A stretch of 64,000 nt of DNA, from the NCBI GenBank assembly GCA_021613535.1, contig CP075492.1, positions 10,540,001-10,604,000 on the forward strand. The letters run 5' to 3'. Source of the stretch: Adineta vaga (Eukaryota; Animalia; Rotifera). The notes beneath the pieces were generated by a model. The model made no database searches. It was not told the DNA's origin and was given only the letters and a program-made list of their open reading frames with translations. Numbering within the stretch: the first letter of the stretch is position 1; every line of letters starts with the position of its first letter. This document shows, piece after piece, positions 25,625 through 60,058 of this stretch. A program made the position numbers and the translations under genes.

Positions 25625-27696
25625 TTATTGAATAATATCATATGGAGTATGTAAACCAATCCTTCGATTTGATGCTTGCGGTGCATCATAGGATGATGTA
25701 CAAATCTTTAAATCATCACCAAGTTGAGTAGAGATATCCGAATTAAAGTTACAAACATAAATATGACCTGATAATGGATCAGAATTCATTTGATATTCAA
25801 TCTAAAACAAGAAGAGTAAGTTTTTAACAATGATATACAATGCTATTTACCATATCAGGTCGTTTACATAAGGGTGTCAATGCACATACTAATGTTTGTT
25901 TATTAAATGAACAGTGTGTTACTGGATGTGATTGAGGATTCATATGCCATAATGAATGTGGATGCATTCGTCGATCCCTATGACATATCAGATAAGATAC
26001 ATTCTATTGATATTCGTATGGAAAAAAATTCTCACCAAAGTCGAATGAAACCACGCATATCAGTACTTGCTAATTTCCATGTATCCATTTGAAGTGTTGT
26101 AATTGTTGAAAAATGATTATAAAAATGTTGCACAGCTCCATCTTTTTGTCTTCGATCGAATATGCTTATTTGTGAATTATCATAAGCCACAATAAATTCG
26201 TTCGTAGGACATTTATCAGCTCGAATAAGATGAACATTAGCCGGAAGATATTTATAAGTTGTTGAAACAATATTACAACGACCACTTTGTAAATCAAATA
26301 GTTTAATTTCATTTTCTACACCAATTATTGCTAATGGTTCATCATTATGAATATCTAATGGTATTTTTTGAATATAATCAGATACAAATGTTGAATAGAA
26401 TGATAAACGATGGCTGAGATTTAGTAATGAAATACACCAAAATGATTTCCTAGCAGCAATGATTGAGACAGGTACAGAATGATGACTAGACATACAGAAT
26501 GATAATATATGATCGTTGAAATTCGTGGAGAAATCAAGTTCTTGAAATTCAAGATCTGTGTCAGCCTAAATAGGAAAGAGAAGGATGAAAATGAATGTGT
26601 ACATCCAACAAGAACGTATTCATAATTTTCTTACCTTTTCAAAATTCCATACACTAAATTTTGATCGACTAGCAGAACATAATAGTTGATCATCATTTGA
26701 AATATCTACAATTGGTAATGATGTTAATCGATGAGTATAACGTGGTTTATTTCCAATATCTTTTGTCCAAATTTCTAAAAGACCATTATCATGTACAGCA
26801 TAGAGATCATTTTTCAAAAATCCCACTGATTTTACACTAGAAACATTTCTATTTTCATCACCATCTGCTGATTCATAGATAATATCTGGTGTATCTAACT
26901 GTTCATTATCACCATCATCATTATGATCAGTTGTCTTTAAAATATCTTCTATCGACCAAGTACGTATGATACCTGTTGAATAACCAGCAACAATTGTTGT
27001 TTGATTATTATTTGCACATGTTAAAACAACACCTAAACGATATGTTAGCTTTGTTGTACGACATTGATGATTTTTAAAATTTTGTGCTAATTGTCGATTG
27101 GATAGTACTGTTTCTTTTACATGATTTTTCCAAGTATCATCATATTTCTTGGCCGATTTATCAAGATGTAATCGTTTGTATAAATTATACCATAATAGTT
27201 CATCACATGACAATGTATACCATGCTTTACAGACTTGTAAACATGAATAAAGATCTTGAATTGATAGAGTATCAAAGATGTTCAAAGCTATTTCACGCGG
27301 TAAAGAGACATTAAAAAATGGTACATCAGTTGACTCGTCAATATCACGTATTAATTCATCAAGTAATGTTAAATTTGATGTTTTTAGCTTTTTCGAAGGT
27401 GGTGGCTCAGTAATGGATGATTTTTTTACAGATGATGACGAAATGTTTGTGGCAATGAATGTTCCTATTCCAATTGTAAATGAAGTATTATTTGTTGTTG
27501 TTTGTAATGAAAGAGTTAATTCTGATGGTGGAGGAATCGGTGTTTGACATTCAGATGAATTTTTACAGTTCGTACCTAAACGACGGAGATCACCTATTGC
27601 AGTCTGTGAAGTCTCATAGACGGCTTTAACTTCAGTTGATTTATCTTTGGAAATCTCTTCTTGCCAAGAATGACGAAATACATCTAATGATTCCAT
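25625..27696 (-). CDS. FBXW8: F-box/WD40 protein, FBXW8-like
   Basis: MESLDVFRHSWQEEI and LLDELIRDIDE..DVPFFNVSLPREIALNIF resemble the FBXW8 N-terminus and F-box. WD-like ITTLQMDTWKLAS is present. Confidence 0.8.
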
Positions 27697-28111
27697 ATTT
27701 GACAATTACTCGATTAGATGATCTAATTTCTTGTACTCGAGAATCGAGATTCGAGAAGAGAAGTCAAGTCAATGCAATGAGTTGAAAGTTGAAACATCAA
27801 GTCTTTCAATAGTTAGTCGATTATTTAAGCAATAAAAATATTCTTTTTAAACTCTATAAATAAATAGTAAGTTGAATATTATTTCTTGATTTTTTAATGG
27901 ATAAATTAATTTATTTTTGTTATAGACATTACTATTTTTAAGAGAAAAAAAAACAATGATAGTTGGCGCTAGTGTTCGGTTAGAATCGATGATGATCCTG
28001 AACTATTGTTTTAATTTGATTTTTGACAGAGATATAATGCATGCATACAAACAAACATTCTTTTAAATAGAGAATCAGTAATTGCTTCGTGAGAAGAATA
28101 ACTTGATTTTA

Positions 28112-28720
28112 AAGGGGAGTCTTCTATTATGCCGCTCGAAAATCATGATTATCGTATTTTAACATACTATTTATTATGCAGAAAATGTTTCACTCATGGT
28201 GCCGCTCAGAAACGATTTTCGACTTAGAATAGTTCTTTTAGACTGAAGTTTTCAGGGATTGTAGTTCCAGTGTGATACAGTTCTAATAAAAATTTCAGCC
28301 CGATCGGCCGTACTGTACCAAATTTACAGCTGATCCATAGGTCATGTTGAGCCTTCAGCAAAATCGCTAAAACTCGATCGCGTCACAAGGTATGGGGCTC
28401 CGATTGGTCTTTAGTTAAACCCAATGTCAAGATGCAACTTTTGATGATAGAAAAATAATCTTGTTGATTTTTTCAAAGATTAAGTATTCTGAAGGATAGA
28501 ATCCATTCTGTTATATAAGTACAATAGAAAAAGTAACAAGTAGAAGCTTTATTTATCGAAGAGAAAACTATTGTAAACGTCAGAAACAAGAAAAATAGTC
28601 GTAAGTACATATTACTATAGAAGTCATAAAGAACAGAAACAATTTAACCAAAAGTTTAAAGTATGTATGTAGAAAAGGTAAAGTAGAGGGGGGAGTTCTA
28701 TTATGGGAGAGTCTTCTAAT
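28112..28720. mobile_element. Probable decayed DNA-transposon/MITE remnant
   Basis: Begins TTAA|AGGGGAGTCTTCTATTATG, and a related motif recurs in direct orientation at ~28689-28720. TGCCGCTC is duplicated (28130, 28200). GC is raised. No matching inverted end was found. Confidence 0.35.
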
Positions 28721-30653
28721 ATTTCCATGGCTTTAGTACAAGTAATTGTTGATTAAAATGCACGTTGTAAATGCTTTGCTGTACAGAATTAATTGAGTAT
28801 TATAAATGGCACGTATATATATTAATTAGTAAAAGTAAAATAGAATCACATTTTTATTCTGATCTATGCGTCATTAAGTAGCATCATCTCTGCAATTTGT
28901 TACGATATGGTTGAGAATATGAAGAACGACTATAGGGTTAATAACAAAATTGTGCATTTCATACTCAACATTATAATTCTTGTAATCGTCCTACGACATT
29001 TTTTAATCTTCGCTTTCATTCCGTAAGAAATGTCAGATAGAATTTTTTTCTTTCTTTCTGTTACTGATAAGATGAAACTTGTGGAATCTAATTTTCTCGA
29101 CATTAATATCTGAATTCATCTTTTCTTATTATAACCAGACAAGCTTCCTCTCCTTTTCATGTTCTGCTGAAACTCTTTATGGCTTTTCTTTTATCAAAGA
29201 ATTTCATTGGATTAAACAAACATCTGGAAAAAAAAGAGACTCGCAAATGTTAACTATAGTAAGTAGAGTATTAAAAAAGTTGACATATCGAATATTAGAC
29301 ACGATCGTTTTTTTGAACGAACACTCACAAAATTATCAGATACGTAAGGTACTTTGTATAGTTTCAAGTGTCAACATTCAATGTTGATTGTGTAACCATC
29401 TTGAAATATTTTACAGTTTGACTAAAAATAATTTTTTCTCTATCTAAATTCTCTTAAGTGGTTACATATTGTCTGGCATTGATTGTGGAGAAAATTCAAG
29501 TCCTTTGTACTGTACTTAAAAATATGTCAAATAATAATACGTAACTGTTCTATTGAATTCAATACTTACATAATAGATTTAGAATGACTAATTCTATTAT
29601 GCTTTTTCTCGCATGATACTTGTAAATTATTTATTTGCAGCAAGTTGACACATCGACAAAAACTATGCTAGACAATTTCATTTCAAATAAAAGTGAGTAC
29701 TTCTTTTCTCATAGAAAGTTCGTATATTACCCTGTAATGTATCGGATAATTTTTTATTTCTTTTTACAATCTTTTATGGGTACAATATCATATACATGAG
29801 TAAGACTTCTATTGTACTTTGAAAAAGTGCTGGAAGCGGAGGATTTAACCTGAACTTTTCGAGGAAAGTTAAAGTGCAACCCCTAGTCATATTCCTTTCT
29901 CTTTTGTGAATGAAAATATATTCTAATTGACAGATCACATTAATAACAGTAAACCAAACAAAAAAACAGCTGACGCAGACAATTTATATCTTTACGAATT
30001 AATAAACGACAGTTAAAGATCGACACAGCTGGCTTTGTAACGATTTATTCCATTGAAATTAGCTCACAGTAAATAGTATGTTGCGTATTGATTAATATAT
30101 TCAAATCTACAAATTTGAACGATTTTTTGATACTCTGTTGAGTATACATCGTCTAAATACTTTACTTTGGAATCAATTTGACCACAGACATTCAATTGCT
30201 CATTGAATCTAAGGGTAAATATATCATTAGCATGGTTGTATATTCATTTCTGTTTTGTTCTTTATTGTATTCGACGATAATGTTACTCCTCATGAAGATT
30301 TTTATTGACTATATACATCTAGTTTACTGCAGAGTTTACATTCTATCTTATGACATGTATTTGATTTACATGTTAACATTGTTAGTTATTCAAACAATGA
30401 ATGCACGATTAACTTAACGATGTTCTCTTTCGTATAGGTAGAGTGACATTTTGTCTCATCGAGGAAAGAAAAACTGATTTTTTTTCTTTACTTTTTCAAC
30501 GTTGAATGCAGTAATGAGAACGATTGAATAATTCGACAAATATTTACTTAACATTTCTTTCAGAAAAAAAAAAATCATTGCTAAAATGATGACTATTTTT
30601 CTCTCTCATTTCCTTCAGATTTTGTAATAAACGCTGTTGGTTCTGATGATTGC

Positions 30654-32672
30654 ATGGCACTTGAGATTGATACAAACCAAATTTATCATCTTTTCTGCAA
30701 AAATAAACGCTGTTTTTTAATTCTGCTGTTATCCAATTCTTTATTAGCCTATAGTTATTATATATATATGCAAAATCAATCATCAACGAAAGAAAATGTT
30801 AAAACATATTCGAAACAATTTGATAAGAATTTCAATAGCAGTAATTCAATTGATACAATTCGAAATATTCTTAAACAAGAATATGATCGCAATGATTTAG
30901 AAGTATTTTATAACGTAGTAAATACACAATTTGCATTAGGTTTACGATGTATGAGAAAAGCTAATCAACCGCAAACTCTATTCAATGTGAGTGAACAAAT
31001 AAATGGTAATGTCACTAAAAACAGGTATTAAATGTCATATAGATGTAGATAAACTTTTTTAAGTCATCAGATTCGATAGAGACGTAGAATAATAACGGAA
31101 ATAGTGAGGAAATAGGAATACTATTTGATAGATTGACGGATATGAGTTCCTAGAAACTAAATAGATAATTATGAACAGTAAATCTTGATAAAAATATCCA
31201 TTGTATACAGACTGATTCATTCTTTTTAGTTTTCAGTTAGTAAATAGAAATATTTCCTAGATGTCAAGCATACAATTATAATTGTATAGATAGTGAAGAC
31301 CGATTTGCATAACTTATTTAACGTATGTCAACTGTTTCTTTTTTTCTGTTTCGAATCTATCGTAAAAAGAAACTGTCTGAATGTTCAGTGGCAACGTACG
31401 TCGAAAAGAATAGTTACTCATAAACACGAGAAATATAATAAAAAAAGAGGTTGCAAGTGTTGATTTGCATATAGTGCATTAGAATCTGACATGGATGTGA
31501 TTATTCGAAGAGAAGTCAACTTATTGAAATACTATTTTCTTATATTGATGCAAGTCATTCGATATAGTTGAATTGCTGACAAGAGATTTGTTCTGTATAG
31601 ACGAAGTTTGAGATGATTTGGATAAATACGAAAGAATTTAGCCAATATGAACGAATTTCGTCTACTTAATTCATATATTTCTAGAACTTTACCACTGCAA
31701 AAAGTTTCTACACAATCTATTTCACCACATCGTCAATTACATGGAACTTTTTATTCATTCATCATTTCAAATGCTAATATTTGTTCATTCGAATCTGTCG
31801 ATTTATTGATTATCATCATTTCCAAATCGGAAAACTACAAAACCCGTGATGCCATTCGTCGAACATGGGGTGCTCGAAAGAATCTTGGAAATCTTTCAAA
31901 TATATCCATTACACTTCTATTTCTCTTAGATTTCGATGAAAAACTAAATCAGAATATTCGCTTAGAGAATAATCTCTTTCATGATATAATTCAAGTTGAA
32001 TTACCACAACAATATACACTTGTTACACATCGTGAATTAGCTTTATGGGAATGGTCATTTCGTTATTGTCATTCAGCAAAATTTCTCTTCAAAACAGATG
32101 ATGATGTTTTTGTCAATCTAATTCTACTACTGAAATTTATCTCACCACTTCTTGCAATACCAACAAATAATTCATTTCGTATTTCTGAGATGACTTTATA
32201 TGGTAATAAACATTATAATCCAGGTGTTTTTCGTCAAGCTAATGATGCTGTTGGTGCTCGATATGTTGTCACATCAGATGAGTATCCATGTTCAACATAT
32301 CCTGATTTTCTATCCGGTTTTGGTTATTTGATTCCAAGAAAAGCACGAGATGCTCTACTGTACACTTCCTATCACGATCCAAATACACCCTTTCGAATCT
32401 CCGATGTTTATATGACGTATGTTATTATTTGAAAGTAGATTTTCTTTCATAAGAACGAACTTATTTTGTGTTATAGAGGAATTCTTCCTGATTATTTATC
32501 TCTTGCACGTCAACCAATGTCTGATTATATAATTCGTTATCAAAGCAATTGTGAAGATTTTTTCACGAATCCAAAAGCATTCACATGTGCTGTTGGTTCA
32601 CATCATGGTGATACAACTGATGTTTTTCATAAATATAATCTATATTGGCAACGTGTTAAAAAGTTTTTATAA
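30654..32672 (+). CDS. GT31 beta-1,3-galactosyltransferase-family protein, copy A
   Basis: Type II TM anchor, RDAIRRTWG, ENNLFHDII, FKTDDDVFVN, YPDFLSGFGY and SDVYMTG. Introns ~31026-31684 and ~32418-32477. Confidence 0.88.
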
Positions 32673-33033
32673 TATTCTGTTTATTTATTCTTGTTAAGGA
32701 TAGAAAGACAAGTTTTGTTATATTATTTTATTTGAATGAAAAGAAAAGTAGTCTGTCTGTATTTATTAAAACAGTCGATAAGATGTTACGATCAGACAAT
32801 TTCTTTTTCTTTTTCCTATGATCTATAAACATACTACCTCGATGATATACTGCATGTCAAATGATAAAATGTGAATCGAAAAGAACGAGAAAAATATTTA
32901 TTTTATTCGAAACTTCGTCATCGTTACTATTCACAGACACTGATTTTTCTTCTTTGAACATAGTACAATAAATAGCGTGTAAAGTTTAGTTGAAATATCT
33001 TCTTCAATCGATTTTCTTATCGTTGGCAAAGTA

Positions 33034-34447
33034 ATGGCATTTGACAATCACAATACTCGTAATCACAATTCATCATTGATAGTCAAACGTTTTTTCCTTG
33101 CACTGTTATTATTTAATTCATTAATTGCTTGTGTTTATTATGTTCATTCTCATAATCAATTAGAAATATTAGATAATTCTCAATCATATACAAACGAATT
33201 TCGAGAAACTTTAAATCAAACTGAAGCAATTCAATTAATGCAATACGTATTCAAACAGAAATATAATCAGAAAGATTTAGCTGCATTTTATAGTATGGTT
33301 AACAAAGAATTTGCATTGGGTTTACGATGTATGAGAAAAACAAATCAATTAGAAACAACATCAAGTTCAGATAGATTCAATGATGAAGCAATGCATAGTT
33401 CGTTAAATAAATTCAAGTAAAAATAAGAATTATTTCTTCTCTGCTGAAAATAAGAATGTCTATGAATTTAGATTTGCATTAACAAATCATTCACGTCCTA
33501 CTCAACTTCATCGAACTTTTTATTCATTTCTTATTCCTAATGCTGATACATGTTTGTTCGAACCAGTAGATTTACTCATTATCATCATTTCCAAATCGGA
33601 AAACTACAAAACTCGTGATGCCATTCGTCGAACATGGGGTGCTCGAAAGAATCTCGGTCGTTATTCGAAAATGTCAATTAAATTATTATTTCTCTTGGAT
33701 TTAGATGAAAAATTAAGTCGTAGTATTCAACTCGAAAACAATCTCTTTCATGATATAATACAAGTTGAATTACCACAACACTATACACTTGTTACCCATC
33801 GTGAATTAGCTTTATGGGAATGGTCATTTCGTTATTGTCATTCAGCAAAATTTCTCTTCAAAACAGATGATGATATTTTTGTCAATCTAATTCTACTACT
33901 GAAATTCATCTCACCATTAATGAAACTACCATCAGATAATTCATTTCGTGTTGAAGATATGGCTATATACGGTTTTCAACATCATGCAGCACGAGTTATT
34001 CGGCAAGCGAATGATACAGTCGATGCTCGATATATTATTACAACAGATGAATATCCTTGTACACATTATCCAAAATATTTATCCGGTTTTGGTTATTTGA
34101 TTCCAAGAAAAGCACGAGATGCTCTACTTTACAGTTCATTTTTCGATCGTGATGAACCATTTCGAATTTCTGATATTTATGTTGGGTATGTTCAATAATA
34201 GAAATTCTTTTTTAGATGATACGGAAACGAATATTTTTCTTTCAATTTCAGTGGAATTCTTCCTGATTATATATCACTTCCTATACGACAAATGGCTGGC
34301 TATCATATTTATTATTCAGGCAGTTGTAATGCTATATTCGAAGATCCAAAAGCATTTGCTTGTGCAGTCGGGGCACATTTTGGTGATACGACCGATGTAT
34401 TTCATTCTTATTTTCGTTATTGGCAACATGTTAGACAATTTTTATAG
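33034..34447 (+). CDS. GT31 beta-1,3-galactosyltransferase-family protein, copy B (tandem paralog)
   Basis: Same motifs and intron positions as copy A (FKTDDDIFVN, YPKYLSGFGY). Confidence 0.88.
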
Positions 34448-34922
34448 TACGATTTCAATTGATTATTATTAAAAGTTGAGAACAGATGTTTTCTTTTTGG
34501 TCGAAAGTTATTTCTTTATCGCTTATTTTTTATTATGATTAGAAAGATCAGAAAAGAAAAGTAATAAATAAAGAAGATTCTATTGTCAAATAAAATTAAG
34601 GTTAGTCTATAATAGTTGATTTGTTAATGTAGACTAAATATCGTTATATATTTGTTTTCTTCATGGTAGTGAGGCATTAACAATTTACACACACGCACAC
34701 ATCAGAAAAACATGACTATCTTGTAAATAAAAAGAAGAGCGAAGAGAAAAAGGTTAGGCAATAGAATTTGCTAGGAGGGAAAGTAACATTGGACATGAAA
34801 AAGAAAAGTCCAAAACATAGGTTGAGCGGCAAAAGGTAATTAAAAAGAATGAAAACATACAAATAGAAGAAAATATTCGAGAGAAAAAGAAAAACAATTT
34901 AAGTTCAGTCAATAGAAGTGAT

Positions 34923-56187
<21,265 letters not shown>

Positions 56188-56882
56188 TCGTTTTTCGTCA
56201 ATCGATCGATTAATTCACTATTTATCTATCTAAAAGACGAAAAAATTCAATTTAACCAAAATACAAACCAGACATAATCTATTCTATTTTCAGTCATGTT
56301 GATGTCGACATACAGCAAAGTATCAAAGAAATAATCATAAAAAAGGATTATAGATGGTCGACGACAAGCCAAGACCCGAGAGGAAGAGAGACAGAGACAG
56401 AGGAAAAAATGAAGGAAAGAAAGGAGAATAAGACGAAGAAATGTATGTACTATTGTGTGCGGTAAAAAATATGTCCATTGCGCTATATGTATAAATCGGT
56501 GTTGATCATCTCATATATTCTTCTATATCTCACAGATGGAGAAAAGAAGAAAAATATAGTCTCTCTTAGTACAATCCATTGCTAAGAGGCAAATTGATGA
56601 CAAAAGTTCTTTTCTTTTTTTCCTTTTCTTTTCTCTTTCGGTACAACATATCTGTTGCATTCTGACGTACAACTCGTTTTCTTCGTCGTCCGATGCACTT
56701 CTGGAAAAAGAACAGAGAAAAACGTTGTCTATGAATGGATAATTGTAAGGCAACGGTAAACAACTCGGATATCACATGTAACTAGCGAGAGGGTGGCACA
56801 AGAAAAAAGAGAAAGAAAAGGAAAGAAATGAAAGGTCCTTCCTCAATGAATAATACAACTATAAAAAGACAATTGACAAGAT

Positions 56883-56909
56883 AACAACAACAACAACAAC
56901 AACAACAAC
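56883..56909 (+). repeat. (AAC)n microsatellite upstream of twitchin
   Basis: About 9 consecutive AAC units. Confidence 0.85.
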
Positions 56910-58542
56910 TAAGAGAGAAAGGGCTAACACAGCATCACGTCTAAATGAGAGACACAAGACATGCACTGTGTTCTTCTATGGACAAAAACGAGCTAAGATG
57001 AGTAGTAAATGCATTGAGATAAGCCATCCAATATGATCGACAAGCACAATAACGATAGAGTATAGAATGCTAATTGTCCCTGGATATTCAGAAGATATGA
57101 TTTAAGGAAAATGCTTTAATCGATATAATGATGACCACTATCGATATACATGTCGATCAATCATAATAAACATATTTTCAAAAAAATGTAATTCACATGT
57201 ACATACCATTTCCAGTCAGTATATCTAATTCATATTTTCAGCCTGAATAGTTACATATAATAACAAGCTTTATTGGAAAAAGGTCATCAGATTGATGTAG
57301 AAAACATCTTTAATAGAACAATGAAACTCCCATTTAGCTTTTTTCCTCATCACGAAAAAAACAAGATCTATATATGTATATATATATATATATATGTAAG
57401 TATTGAGTCGATAAAAGCAACAAGTAAAAATATACACGATCGTCAAGTGAATGTCTTTTCGCCACACGTATTCTAGAAATGTGGGCGTCCACGGTCGATG
57501 CTGATAATCTTACAAGTCTAGGCAGAAAAGAAGAGCACATCATCTAACGTGTTGTCTTTAACTGTACGACGATGAAGACATTAGAGCAATCTTGGCAATG
57601 GATAGAAAAATGTCGGTTTTCAGCACGCATAGGAAAAGGAGAGAGAGAGAGAAGAAAACAATAAATAACAATTTCATATGTGGTGAATCTCTGAATGCTA
57701 TTTATGTATTGTCTATTTTGCTATTGAGACATTGAATATAACGATGATGATGATGAAAAAAACAAAAGAAGCCTGCTTTTTTCCTTAGAGAGGAAAATGC
57801 CAGTCGGTATGTTAATCTGTTGAGACAAACAAGATAAAAGATCAGAATCATTCACAATAAATATAGAATAATATCATATCAATAAACGAAAATACTCTTG
57901 AGATAGACACACCTACGTTTGATCATACTCGTTAACATGAAGGATTCTTAGTTTACATTGATACTAGTCTATATTGACCTTCTGGAGTCAATATTCAAGA
58001 TTTTTTCCACGTTATTGTCGATGACAGAAGACATGAATTCTTTGTGCAAATGATAGTTGTACTTATTAAGTAATTGATCATCGTAAACAGTCGAATGTCG
58101 TATAAAAACAACAATGAATTGATTTCGTTGTCTACATATGGTCAAATTATTGTTCTTAAATATGAAATTTTCCTAAGAAAATAACAATAAGTTAGTAATC
58201 AAGTAATTATCTAATCCAATTTGCAATGCAGTCAAAGAAATATATTGAGGTTATACGAAACGAATTATGGGTAATTCTATCATAAGTTCGTTGATATTCA
58301 TCTGACGTTGAGATAATTTTTTCTGATTAATGACAGATTGACATTAGATGAAGAGCAGATAGTACAAGCAAAGTTTCTTTTTTGTCTCATTTGATGGTCT
58401 GAAAATAGACATTTTTTTTTCACTCTGTCGTTTTGTGCTGATATTCTAACTAATAGTTAGAATAATATTCGAGACATTTCGATTAATCGAATGGACAAAC
58501 GTTTCACAATTATGATATGTTTTATTGAATCAAACAATAACT

Positions 58543-59789
58543 CTAGAAACGTTTCAAAGCAATGATAGTTTCATAGAGAGATTTATTATAAAAAGTTCCT
58601 TCTCGACTATTGACTAGATGTGACAACCATCGATCACGAATATGTAATTTTTGAAAAATACCGACACCTTTCAAAGCTGTATGCACAGAAACATCTGATA
58701 ATGGAACAATAAATTTTCGTGCACTAGGCCATAATGCATAAGTAACAATTCCAACAGACGATCCATCCTTGAGGAGATAAATACGACGGATACATCGAGC
58801 AGGATAGATAATAGATGCAGCAAATATAGCACCGCCTACAATAACAAAAGAAATCGCTTAGATTTGTATGACAGTGGGTCATACAATAATTGTGTTTTTG
58901 TAATATGTAAAACGTAAATCTACACTTCGAGAACAAATAGATTTCTATGAAATAGACACGAAATTTTGTCGCCAATTCATTTCAGCTAAGTGTAAAGAAC
59001 ATTAGGAACAGAGACGATCTTTCAAGATAGAACTCGTGGATAGATACTAAAAAAAAACTTAACGAACATTCTTTATCATTCTTGCTTTTGCCTAAATACA
59101 ATCGCTTTTGTCAATGTAAGACACAATTTATTCTAGAAGAGATTTCGTGAAATAATCGATCTTCCAACTAATAATAATGTCTTCATTCTATCTGTGGTTT
59201 GTGATAATTAATGTCATCAATCTATAGCCTAAATTAACTTGTATAGTTTCAGTATGATATTAATAGAACGACAGAAAAGCCTTTCATGGCTAGAGGAAAT
59301 CTTGTACAAAACGCATCAAATAAGACTCATCGCCTATGGGCGATAGTTACTTCTATGCTTAAATATTTCATTCATCTTTCCATTGAAAAACTTACTTAGT
59401 AATACAATAATAATATTTGTTGTATATCGAAATTTGTTTGTCGGAATAATAGTTGCTGCTCGTTCCAATAATGATGAATGTGTTGTTAAATTCTCTTCTT
59501 TAGCTGTAACTGTACCAAATAAATGGAAACTCCAATATGCAATAAAATTGAATGCAATAAATTGAACAAGACCAATCAAACCTATTACAGGTAGAATTCG
59601 ATCTTTATATTCAAAAACAAGAACATTCTTTGTGAGAGATTTTTGAATATTAGAAAAAATAGATTTCGTTGCTGTCGTCGTCGTCGTCGTCTTTGTTGTT
59701 GTTGTTGTCTGATTTCGAACTATTGGTTTTATTAAATTCAATCCCATTCGACGCCATGCTGGACAAAATACAGAACGAAGTAAAATCAT
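58543..59789 (-). CDS. TMEM223: Mitochondrial inner-membrane protein TMEM223-like
   Basis: Presequence-like N-terminus and VLVFEY...GLVQFIAF. Exon 2 (58543-58856) reads ISFVIVGG...RCIRRIYLLKDGSSVGIVTY...FIVPLSDVS...GTFYNKSLYE. The intron is ~540 nt. Confidence 0.8.
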
Positions 59790-60058
59790 TCTTCAGTCTA
59801 CAAGTTAAAATATTCGAATTTATTTTTGTAGACAAGAATTTATACAAATACAAAATTCAAAAAGATCTGCGTAGATATACACATAGTTCTACAACGAATA
59901 TTTTTCTTTATTTATCAGTCGAAATTGATTGATAAAAGATGATTTTAAATGCAAACTGGTATAGATATATCTGAATGAAATCAATTAAGAAATTAAAACA
60001 TACAAATCAATACAACACAAAAAACAAATGACTAGAAGAATAAAAATGAAAACGCTAT

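Noticed and set aside
29810-29887. Possible transposon end (...AAAGTGCAACCCCTAG)
   Set aside because: No partner TIR or TSD was identified.
56500-57560. Short ORFs upstream of twitchin
   Set aside because: They are low-complexity (GA/TA/AAC-rich) non-coding sequence with no recognisable protein motifs.
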